Origin: Scyliorhinus canicula
Taxonomy: Eukaryota
Direction of reading: 5' to 3'
Assembly: GCF_902713615.1 (NCBI RefSeq)
Contig: NC_052154.1
Location: forward strand, 7,379,784-7,443,783
Length of the DNA: 64,000 bases
Within the stretch, counting starts at the first letter, position 1. Every line of letters begins with the position of its first letter. The notes beneath the pieces are model-generated. The model did no database searches. It worked only from the letters and a program-made list of their open reading frames with translations, and had not been told where the DNA came from. Shown here in pieces: positions 25,057-35,493 of the stretch. The position numbers and the translations under genes were made by a program.

Positions 25057-25236
25057 GAAATGAAATGAAATGAAAATCGCTTATTGTCACGAGTAGGCTT
25101 CAATGAAGTTGTTGTGAAAAGCCCCTAGTCGCCACATTCCGGCGCCTGTCCGGGGAGGCTGGTACGGGAATCGAAGCTGGCCTGCTTGGTCTGCTTTATA
25201 AGCCAGCGATTTAGCCCAGTGAGCTAAACCAGCCCC
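25057..25236 (-). mobile_element. tRNA-head SINE with (TTTCA)n tail
   Basis: Same family as 5043-5223. Confidence 0.85.
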
Positions 25237-25599
25237 TGTTGGAAGAACCAACCCCAGTCATGTTTTCCCCATGTTTTCAGGCATGACCTGCCCAGGGGAC
25301 ATTTCATCTGCTGGGGTGGGGCAGTGCTGGTGGGGTGGGGGTTTGTTTGGGGGGCGGGGTGGGGGGGGGGGGGGGTGTGATTGCAAAACGCCTGGCTGTT
25401 TCGAAACCTTCCTTCCTGTTAATTCACGGAACGGGACTGAACTTTCTCCTCCTGAACCTGGCCACGAAGGCAGAAGAGCACGAGGTCTCCGAGCATCATG
25501 ATTACACTGACATTCCAGGCTTTCCTGCACAATCACGACTGATTTCTCTGTCAAAAGAAACCCAGGAAAGGGATAAAGAAGGAAATGAAGAAAAGGTGG

Positions 25600-27480
25600 T
25601 AAAAACAGAATCAGGAGGAGACCCTGCCCCACCATGGAGGTGATGGTTGAGTATGCAGTCGGGAGGAAGGTGCCCTGGGAGTCCTCTACATCGACTCCGG
25701 ACCCCAGGATGTCACATGGCTTCAGGTTAAACATGGGCAAGGAAACCTGCTGATTACCACGTACCGGCCACCATCAGCTGATGAATCAGTTCTCCTCCAT
25801 GGTGAACATCACTTGGAGGAAGCACTGAGGGTGGCAAGGGCACAGAATATACTCTGGGTGGGGAATTCAATGTTCATCACCAAGAGAGGCTCGGTAGTAC
25901 CACCACAGACCGAGCTGGCTGGGTCCTAAAGGACAATAGCTGCTAGACTGGGACTGCAGCAGGTGGTGAGGGAATCAATAAGAGGGAGAAACATACTTGA
26001 CTTCATCCTCACCAACCTGCCTGCTGCAGATGCATCTGTCCATGACAGCATTGATAGAAGTGAACACCGCACAGTCCTTGTGGAGACAAAGTCTTGTCTT
26101 CAGAGTGAGGATACCTTCCATTGTGTTGTGTGGCACTACCACTGTGCTAAATGGAACAGATTCAGAGAAGACTGAGAAACTCAAGACTGGGCATCCATGA
26201 GGTGCCGTGGGCCATCAGCAGCAGCAGAATTGTATTCACCCTCAATCTGCACCCTCATGGCCCGACATATCCCCCACTCCACCATTACCACCAAGCCAGG
26301 GGATCAAGCCTGGTTCAATGAAGAGTGCAGGAGAGCAGCATCAGGCACACCTAAAAATGAGGTGTCAATCTGGTGAAGCCAAACTGCATAAGCAGCAAGT
26401 AATAGACAGAGCGAAGCGATTCCACAATGAACGCATTGGATCTAAGCTTTGCAATCCTGCCATATCCAGCCGTGAATGGTGGTGAACAATTAAACAACTC
26501 ACGAGAGGAGGAGGGTCCTCAAATGCCCCCAATCTCAATGCTGAAAGAGTGCAGCACATCTGTGCATATGACAAGGCATTTGGTATAATCTTCAGCCAGA
26601 ATTGCCGAGTGAATGATCCATCTTGGTCTTGTCCAGAGCACTCCAGCATCACAGACATCAGTCCTCAACCAATATGATTCACTTCACGTGATATCAAAAA
26701 ATGGCTGAAAGCATTGAATACTGCAAAGGCTATGGGTCCTGATAATATTCCGGCAATAGTACTGAGGACTTGTGCTCCAGAACTTACTGTTCACCTAACC
26801 AAGCTGTTCCAGTACAGCCAGAACACTGACATCTACCCGGCAATGTGTAAAGTTGCCCAGGTGCATCCTGTACACAAGAAACAGGACAAACCAACCCAGC
26901 CAATTACCTCCCTATCAGTCTACTCTCCATCATCAACAAAGTGATGGAAGGAATCATCAACAGTGCTATTAGACGGTACTTACTCAGCAATAATCTTTTC
27001 ACGGACGCTCAGTTTCGGCTCCGCCAGGTCGCTCAGCTCCTGACCTCATTACAGCCTTGGTTCAATCATGGACAAAAGAGCTGAATGCCAGAGGTGAGGT
27101 GAGAGTGACTGCCCTTTGAGATCAAGGCAGCATTTGACCACGTATGGCATCAAGGAGCCCTAACTAAACGAGTCATACCTGGAACAGGTTGTGGTGGTTG
27201 GAGGTTAATCATCTCAGCTCCAGGATATCACTGCAGGAGTTCCTCCTGCCCTTGGCCCAACCATCTTCAGCATCTTCATCAATGACGTCCCTTCCATCAT
27301 AAGGCCAGTAGTGGGATGTTCGTAGATGACTGCACAATGTTCAGCACCATTCGCAACTCCTCAGATAATGAAACAGTCGATGTTGAAATATAGCAAGACC
27401 TGGAAAATATCCAGGCATGGGCTAACAAGTGGCAAGTTATATTCGCGCCACACAAGTGTCACCCAATGACCACCTCCGCC
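25600..27480 (+). mobile_element. Degraded LINE ORF2 (APE endonuclease + RT), CR1/L2 group, distinct from HER1
   Basis: YRPPSADES, NILDFILTN, KAMGPDNIP, KAAFDHVWH, LGPTIFSIFIND and MFVDD motifs, with frameshifts. Confidence 0.85.
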
Positions 27481-27483
27481 TTA

Positions 27484-27793
27484 GAGCGGCACGGTAGTAA
27501 GTAGTTAGCACTATTGCTTCACAGCTCCAGGGTTCCATGTTCGATTCCCGGCTTGGGTCACTGCCTGTGTGGAATCTGCACGCTCTACCCGTGTGTGCGT
27601 GGGTTTCCTCCGGGTGCTCCAGTTTCCTCCCACAGTCCAAAGATGTGCAGGTCAAGTGGATTGGCCATGCTAAATTGCCCCTCAGTGTCCAAAGGTTAGG
27701 TTGAGTTATGGGGATAGGGTGAGAGTTGGGGCTCGGTAAGGTGCTCTGTCAGAGGGTCGGTGCAGACTCAATGGGCCAAATAGCCTCCTTTCC
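27484..27793 (+). mobile_element. HE1 V-SINE
   Basis: Head, V core and truncated tail. Confidence 0.85.
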
Positions 27794-29360
27794 ATCGAGG
27801 AGGGGGCCCTGGATGTGATTGGAATGGCCGAGGATAGGTCAGTCATCTACGCAGAGGCTGCCGGACGCCGCAGAGATGAGGAACCACCATACTCCACCCG
27901 GTAGACCTGTCAAACGTGAGTAGTGATTGCCTTACTGACTGACCCATCCCTCCCACTGACCACATATCCATTCTCCTGCTGGTCCTCCAGTCAACGGCGC
28001 CGGCCCATCCTAGGCGCCCCCTCTCCTGACTCCGAGGAGAACACCTTGGAGGGGAGCTCCGAGGATGCCACCGTGATTGCTGAACATCTGGTATCCCCAC
28101 CCTCCACCAGCCCACAGACACACACCTCAGTGGGAAATGTTAGTGGTCAGGCTTCTGGGGCACAATCTGGTGAGCACCACACTGCTGCTGATGCATATCA
28201 GGTGAAGGCAGGAGGCACCAGGCGAGACAGCAGCCAGTGGGCTGCTGGATACCAGGACACAGCTGGGGCCCAGCCTGATGCTTAGCTTGTGGAAGAGGTC
28301 ATCCGTGGAGCTGATGGAGCCAATAGGGAGTAGCCGGGGTGTTTAGAGTTGCTCCAGCAGATTCCTAGCAGCTTGAAGGAGTCCCAGAGGCTACAGGTGC
28401 AGGAACTGAGGCCAACACTGCTAGGGTGGCGACCGCAGTGGAGAGCCTGGTGCACGACATTGACAAAGAGTGAAGGTGTCCAAGGCGTCATGCAGTCGGT
28501 GACAGCCATGGCTGAGGGCCTCAGCAGGGGGATGTCACCCAGCACCAGACGCCCTTGCTCTCAGATGGGAATGGCTGAGGTGCTGCGGAGCTTGTTGCAG
28601 TCACAGGTGGGCATCGCCAAGGCACTGCAGAGCATGTCCCAGGAACAAAGGAGCATCTGCGAGGGCGTTGACACGATGGTGCGGACCATGGCTAACCGCC
28701 AGGGCTGTCAGCGCCAGATGATGCAGGGGCAGCCGGGGATCGAAACAACTGCCCCTCCGTCCCAAGGTGAACCCAGTGCCCTACGGGCATGGAACGGGAG
28801 GAAGGGTGCTGAATGCTAACCCATGGAGTGAAGATGGTGGGCACCAGCTCCCCTGAGTTCCACACCTCTGATGAGGCGGCATCTCGAGGTCAGCACACGA
28901 GACAGGGTGGCACGGCTGTGCATGTGCCATTGACTCCCCCTCCGGCCCCAGAGCCCTAGAGGATGCCCGCCAGGGACATCAAAGGCCACTGACAGGGTAG
29001 GTAGCTGGCAGCCTCCACCTCAGATATGCATCCTGGGGAAGCACCTAGACGTAGTGGGAGTGCTAGGAGGGCCAAGCACATTGAGGATCACTGAGGGCAC
29101 TGGTGGAGGGGGGGCTAGGTACAGGGTGGGGGCGAGACACCACCAGAGTGGGATATTATGCAGCACACTAGAGTCCTTTTTGCTCAACCTTTATGATGCC
29201 TCTGTCACTTTCTTCCGCAATGCGGACTATTTTCCCATCTCTCCAGGCATCTCCCCCTTCCCATGGCACTGACCCACCCTCCGGCCATGGACATAGCCCC
29301 GGAATATGTGTGAAGTGCTCACTTAACCACCATTGCCTATTCCTCTTTGCAATTGCCTTC
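27794..29360 (+). mobile_element. Remnant of a Harbinger-associated (Myb/SANT-type partner) gene region
   Basis: GC-rich decayed ORFs 27923-28285 (low-complexity P/S/T/E) and 28349-28819 (helical Q/M/S heptad-like), an organisation typical of the Harbinger second ORF; the Myb domain itself was not seen. Confidence 0.45.
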
Positions 29361-29389
29361 AACCGTTGAAGGAAATCAACTATTTTCTG

Positions 29390-29420
29390 ATAGGTAAAAG
29401 GCTATTTCAATGTAAATATT
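29390..29420 (+). repeat. Left terminal inverted repeat
   Basis: ATAGGTAAAAGGCTATTTCAATGTAAATATT vs reverse complement of 33351-33382, ATAGGTAAAAAGGCTATTTTAATGTAAATATT. Confidence 0.85.
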
Positions 29421-29426
29421 AAAGCC

Positions 29427-29744
29427 ATGAACACTGAAATCCTTACTTTAAAATGGGTATTAAAAACTGCAGCTTTAAACTCGATCCTACCCAGACCTCT
29501 GTCCCAGTCGGAAACCACAATTGCTAAAAATATCACATCAATCGTTTCTTCTCCTCCTCCGTTAATGACAAATCCAACCCCCGTACTCACTTCGAAAAAG
29601 AATTACAGAAGAGATATGAAATTCCTTTCTCATGTTGAAGACGGCCAGTTTGCGAATTTCAGATTTCATGATTACGAACTGGGCTCCAACGATGAAGGCC
29701 CGCCTCCTGGCTACAGGGATACGCCCCAAGTCACATATCGTTAA
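29427..29744 (+). CDS. Hypothetical 105-aa leader ORF with a PPxY motif
   Basis: Open ATG-to-TAA frame containing GPPPGY; no recognised homologue; may be non-coding. Confidence 0.2.
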   Translation: MNTEILTLKWVLKTAALNSILPRPLSQSETTIAKNITSIVSSPPPLMTNPTPVLTSKKNYRRDMKFLSHVEDGQFANFRFHDYELGSNDEGPPPGYRDTPQVTYR

Positions 29745-29789
29745 CAAGTTGCCAAGAACTGTTAACTTGAGGAAACTGTTATTGTTTTG

Positions 29790-30520
29790 AATGTTGCTTT
29801 ATTAATTTTAAGAAATTAAAAAATCTTGTCAGCTGTGCTTTCTTCAACAGAGCAGACAAATTTATCTACAGAAAACCAAGTTCATTCATTGGTTCAGTCA
29901 TGTATTCAATAAGTTATTGTGGTTGATATTTTGTAATAAAGGTTTAAAATTAGCTTGTAAATTAAAACTTCAGACAATGTGGAAGCTGATTTTAAGAAAA
30001 GTAACTCTGATTAAAAGAAAATCCATGGGGAGAACACATCGTTCTGAGACAATTGATAATGGAAATTTGGCAGCAATCCAACTTTTACTCTCAGTCCATT
30101 TGAGTGACATATATAAAAAACGTTTGGAGATGCAAATGGCATCATTCCAAGTTATCAACCCACTATACGCCCTCTTTTGTCTCTGCAGGAAAATTAACCC
30201 TTTCAACAGACTTTTTGTATAATCCAGAAGATGTCAAAGACTTGGCAATTCATATCCAATACAAAGTTAAAAAAACTTGACCAACTCTTTGAATACACTC
30301 TTTGGGGTTGGCTTTCCAATGGTTAGGTGGCACAGGAATTAACATCATTCAGGGACTTTTCCTATTTTGCATATTTTGACTTATCATTTACGTAGTAATG
30401 TTGCTGATCAGATACTTTGGCTAATGCATGCCTACCCATAGTGCCCCACCAATCCACATGGTTCATATTAATTCATATGCACCACTAGCCAATAACATCA
30501 AAATGGAAAGTTCCTGTTGA
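29790..30520 (+). pseudogene. Chimeric membrane-protein pseudogene with an env-derived C-terminal half
   Basis: 30221-30520 translates, with 2 frameshifts, to NPEDVKDLAIHIQYKVKKLD...LWGWL..WLGGTGINII-TM-..PPIHMVHINSYAPL, homologous to the env tail at 31880-32173; 5' boundary uncertain. Confidence 0.65.
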
Positions 30521-30831
30521 ACTATTATTTACTGTATTATTATTCATTTATTAGTGAATTATTATTAATTTATTACTAAATTACATAATCAATTTTGATA
30601 ATTATTTGACCAATTATTACTAAATCATATACTCAACTTCAGTTATTTTACTGTGTAATCATTTTATTTGTATACATGAAATTACTATCATTAATTGTTT
30701 ATTACTGAATTATGTAATCATGATGTCAATTTTTAATCAGTATATCAATGTTTTAAGCAATACTAAGGAAAGAAAAGTTGTATCCACGCATCACATGTGA
30801 AGCGCACGTATAAGTATTAAGATCTGTAAAA

Positions 30832-32173
30832 ATGTTTACCGTAATATTCATTTTCAGTTATTTGATTGGCTTTGTAAATGTTGTGCCAGAACTGAATGAG
30901 AACACATTCCTTTACACGTCTAAGATATATGCTAAAAAATTCAACATTTCCAAGTGTTTGGTATGCATTGCAACCCCTACTAACTCAGGAGAAGGTATTC
31001 CCTTCTTAACAATTGCCTTTAATGCTTCAGAAACAGCAGAATGGTACATCTATCAGAGTGTTCCTCACTCTGTAGTTGTCCGTTCTGGAGCATATTCATG
31101 TGAAAAAGGAAGATAAAAGGTTCATCTAAAGAAATGTATTAACTAATGGAAATCTGCAGGCTATCCACTAAACACCTTTTCAGGATGGCACCAACTTAAA
31201 TATAACCCGAACAAAAATCCTCAATATATTAGCCTCCCAACTAATATTAAACAAAAAGGATCAATATGCCTCATTAGTAATCACTCTAAAGGGATGAAAA
31301 TGGGCAATAGTATTTGTACTAATTATTTGGATGTTAACACAGCTTTTAAATGTATGCAAAATTTATTCAAAGAACTGAACAGTGCTCAACAATAGCAGGC
31401 ATACACAACATCACAAATAACAAAACATTCTCAGATCATTAGAAGATATTTACTTATACTCTGCTTATAATGGAACTTATTTTATTTGTAATGACAAATC
31501 ATATTCCTGGTTCCCAAAATACTGGTCAGGATCTTGCTATTTAGAATACATAGTACCTGCCATCTGTCATCTTCCTCATCTCCCTTATGTTACAGAACCA
31601 GCCACTCGAATAAATAAACGTGCCATGACCTTATGAGACATAATTTATGCTAAAGTTATTCCTTTCTATTGGGAAGTAAGGGTGGCCAATGAATTGAATA
31701 AAATAGCAATCACCATACAAAACGTAGCACCGCCACTGCGCGAGATAAAATTTCTGATGAAATGCAAGCAATTTGAACCGTGGCGTTACAAAATCGAATG
31801 GCACTTGACTATGTTCTCGCCGGGAAACGTGGCACCTACGCCCTGATTGGTGCAGAGTGTTGCACTTTCGTTCCAGATAACTCACAGGAAGTTAAAGATC
31901 TGGCATCACACATCCAAAAAGAAATCAAGAAACTTGATTCACCCTCAGATACCTCTATCTGGGAGAAACTTTGCGGGGTGGTTGGGACCCACTGGAATGT
32001 CCATAGTAAGTGTAATCTTTTTCTCCTGTGTAGCAGGATTCATCATTGACATAACATACCAGCGTATCAAGTGCATTAAACAACTATTCACTAAACGCAA
32101 GGGCCCAACAGTCAGAATGATTCACACTAACCCCACTGCACCACCATTAGATGAAATAGGACTGCAATATTAA
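30832..32173 (+). pseudogene. env: Gamma-type (ERV1/epsilon-like) envelope glycoprotein pseudogene
   Basis: Signal peptide; NxS-CLVC (CXXC); GTYFIC...WSGSCYL; cleavage site RINKR/A (31607-31624); ISD LQNRMALDYVLA (31786); Y-X6-CC (CX6CC with the first Cys lost); TM helix; stops and frameshifts. Confidence 0.92.
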
Positions 32174-33350
32174 TGTTGAAATGTTACTGATCAATCAATT
32201 AGTTGACTATTATTGACATATTGCTAATAGATTAATACTGAATCAGTAGAATCAAATTCGATTAATTGATTAATTATTATTTTATAATAATGATTCTTTA
32301 AGAATTATAATAATTTTTGCTGCAATGCTTGTAATGCAAAGCTTTCCCACTCTATTGTTTAAAACTGCAATGACAGTATGAATGAGTTCTTCTTCGTGCT
32401 TTTACCTATCCTATTGCATTTACCTTATTGCGATATATCTCACTTGATCTTTCGATTCATCATAGGGCAAATTGATGAGATCTACCATGTGGAATTAGTG
32501 AAGTCTTGCGACACTAAAACACAGTAGAAATTGAAGTTAAACTTCTGGGATGCAAACAAGAATCTTTATTGCCTCTATTTGATGACAATTGAGAGAAAGT
32601 TAAATCTATTCTCAATAAAGTCCGGCTAGCAAAAGGAAGTAAAGAGAAGTAAAGAGAAGTAACTTATAAATAATTTAACTTTCAAAATAATACAGAAATG
32701 GTTTCTTGCTTACGGCAAAACAACTTGCATTTACTTCAAGTGTTAGAGTGGAAAAGTGAAAATATGAAAATAAGGATAGCTAGTAGTTCGATCAAAGTAC
32801 AGGATGATCCTGGATAAAGATGGCCGTATGGACCATCATGTTTAAAGGAAATCTTATCAGTCTTGAGCCATCTATCTACACCTCTATGTCGTCCTAATTG
32901 GTTTGGTTTAGAATCAAATACATTTGATTCGATGGTTAACTGTCAATCCTTAATGTGCAATATAAGTTCTGTATGTTTCATGTTTGAATATTCGTGTAGT
33001 TATGGAATGCGATTTTGTGCTATTATCAAGACTGGTTTTTACTGGTTTTCTGCTGACTTTGCTTTATCCACATTATGAACAATGGTTCCTTCATGTTGCT
33101 ATGATGCCTGCTTCATCCTTGATCTGATTACTGGTACAGCTCATTTTTTAATGTCAAACTGTCTTTGAAAATATGTTTATTAGAACAATAGCATTTTCAT
33201 CTTACTTCGTGAAAATTTTGTTTTTATCTCCGATTAGTTTATGCATGTGTCATGCTTTTTGTGTCTCTGTTGAAGCTGTGTGTTTTATCATGACCTGACG
33301 TTATGAGTGCTGAAATCCTCATTTTAAAATGGGTATTAAAACTGGGTCTG

Positions 33351-33382
33351 AATATTTACATTAAAATAGCCTTTTTACCTAT
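33351..33382 (-). repeat. Right terminal inverted repeat
   Basis: See the left TIR. Confidence 0.85.
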
Positions 33383-33406
33383 TAGTTCTTTATTTCATAA
33401 ATATTT

Positions 33407-33706
33407 CATAGAATTTACAGTGCAGAAGGAGGCCAGTCTGCCCATCGAGTCTGCACCGGCTCTTGGAAAGAGCACCGTACCCAAGCCTACACTCCCACCC
33501 TATCCCAATAACCCAGTAACCCCACTCAACACTAAGGGCAATTTTGGACACTAAGGGCAATTTAGCATGGCCAATCCACCTAACCTGCACATCTTTGGAC
33601 TGTGGGAGGAAACCAGAGCACCCGGAGGAAACCCACGCACACTCGGGCAGAACGTGCAGGCTCCGCACAGACAGTGACCCAAGCCGGGAATCGAACCTGG
33701 GACCCT
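33407..33706 (-). mobile_element. HE1 V-SINE
   Basis: Antisense V core and CR1-type tail. Confidence 0.85.
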
Positions 33707-33939
33707 GAAATAATTGATTACTATCAGGGGTGAAACAGGAATATGGCGGGGCGGGCCGGAGAATCCAGCCCAAGGTTTTTAAGTAGTAATGGATTGAAGG
33801 GTTATGGAGAACAGGCAGGGAAGCGGAGCGGAAGCCAAGAGGAGATCAGCCATGATCGTATTGAATGTCCAAGCAGGCTCGAGGGGCCGAACTGCCCACT
33901 CCCGCTCCGAGTTCTTGTGTTCTTATGCACAACTGCCCT

Positions 33940-34150
33940 ACTCTCCTTCAGAATAGTGCTGTAGTACCTTTAATATCCAACTGAGAAATGGAGGGGAGGT
34001 CTAATCTGAAAGACAGCTCTCCCAACAGCTATGCAGCACTCCGCACCACAGCCAGAGTGTCAAGCCAGACTGCTGTATTCAGATCCCGGAGCAGGAAATG
34101 AACATAAAATCTTCCAAATCGTTGAGTGTGACCAACTAAGCCCCAGCTGT
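33940..34150 (-). mobile_element. Deu-type SINE 5' part
   Basis: Antisense ATCTGAAAGACAGC...GCAGCACTCC...CCAGAGTGTCAAGCC. Confidence 0.5.
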
Positions 34151-34839
34151 CACACAAAGCAAGGAAGAAATGAAGAAATAAGTGGATTGTTCACTCATTA
34201 TATAACCCATCTGATTCTCATGCAATTGGTGAAAGCTATTACTCATAGATATTCAAAATGCATCCACTCATCATTGTTTAATTTTGCATGAGCTGTGTTG
34301 ATTTGACGGCAAAGTCAACCAGAGTTTCAAAATCAGCCCATTTTAAGTTAAATGCTCTCAGCCTGTGATGCTCCTTATCGGGACAATTTGAATCTAATCC
34401 CTCATTTACTTTCCAACACAAATAATTATTTAAAAAGAAAATCATTTGGAAAAAAGGTTCTGGCCCTTATCGATCACAACAGCACACAGCATTTATATTC
34501 AGGGATAAATTGTGATTCAGTGTATTTTTATCCAGTAATCAATAGTGCTAATTATTCATGGTATGTGCAAGTTTGTTCCAGTCTGCATTTAGTCCACAGG
34601 AGGGGAAGCAAATCAACTTGTATTTTCAAAGAGAACTGGTGCCTCCATGTTGTGTGGGACCCACACTTCGGCAGCTGATCCAGTTAAAGGTAAAGCCAAC
34701 ATCGATTTTGCAGCATGAATTAAATTTAATCCTGTGGCCCAAAGTGTCTACGCTGGTGTCTATGCTCCACTTGTGCATCCACCCAACTCCATCCCACATG
34801 CTCAGCATATCCTTCTATTCTTTTCTGCGTCACATGTTT

Positions 34840-35136
34840 AGAATCATAGAATCCCGACAGTGCAGAAGGAAGCCATTTGGCCCATTGATCTGCATCGACC
34901 GTCTGAGAAAGCACCCTACCAAGGCTCAATCCTCGTAACCCCGCCCGGGACAATTTAGCATGGCCGATCCACCTAACCTGCGCATCTTTGGACTGTGGGA
35001 GGAAACCGGAGCACCCGGAGGAAACACACGCAGACATGGGGAGAACATGCAGATGCCGCACAGGCAGTGACCCAAGCTGCGAATCGAACTTGGGACCCTG
35101 GCACTGTGAGGCAGGAGGGCTAACCACTGTGCCACC
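34840..35136 (-). mobile_element. HE1 V-SINE
   Basis: Antisense head, core and tail. Confidence 0.85.
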
Positions 35137-35277
35137 AAACATTCTGTTACATATATTTGTGGGATTTGCCTCAACTCTCCCCGTGGTGTCGACGTCCACA
35201 TTGTCACCACTCTCTGGGTAAAGAAGCTTCTCCTGGATTTCTTACTGGACTAATTAATGGCTATCTTGGTATTTATT

Positions 35278-35493
35278 TTTAAAAATAAATTTAGATTACC
35301 CAATTATTATTTTCTTTCTAATTTAGTGTGGCCTATCCACCAAACCTGCACATCTTTAGGTTGTGGGGGTGAAACCCACGCAGAGACGGGGAGAATGTGC
35401 AAACTCCACACGGACAGTGACCCAGCGCCGGGATTCGAACCGGGTTCCTCAGTGCCGCAGTCCCAGCGCTAACCACTGTGCCACATGCCACCC
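35278..35493 (-). mobile_element. HE1-type V-SINE, short-tail variant
   Basis: TSD TATCTTGGTATTTAT on both sides. Confidence 0.85.

Larger units (their letters stand above)
29390..33382 (+). mobile_element. TIR-bounded AT-rich cassette carrying env-derived genes, without gag, pol or transposase
   Basis: TIRs 29390-29420 / 33351-33382 (2 differences); direct repeat 29427-29469 / 33303-33344; env motifs inside. Confidence 0.7.

Noticed and set aside
30800-30834. ATAAG and TAAAAATG upstream of env as baculovirus- or poxvirus-like late promoters
   Set aside because: Very short motifs in highly AT-rich DNA, with no other large-DNA-virus genes present.
32399-32410. Internal 12-bp match CTTTTACCTATC to the TIR end
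   Set aside because: Too short in AT-rich sequence to interpret without more copies.
29390-33382. Integrated filovirus/arenavirus segment or Polinton as the explanation for the cassette
   Set aside because: The SU has retroviral gamma-type CXXC and GTYFIC..WSGSC motifs; the termini match neither arenavirus ends nor Polinton AG-repeat ends with a 6-bp TSD; no NP, L or PolB is visible.
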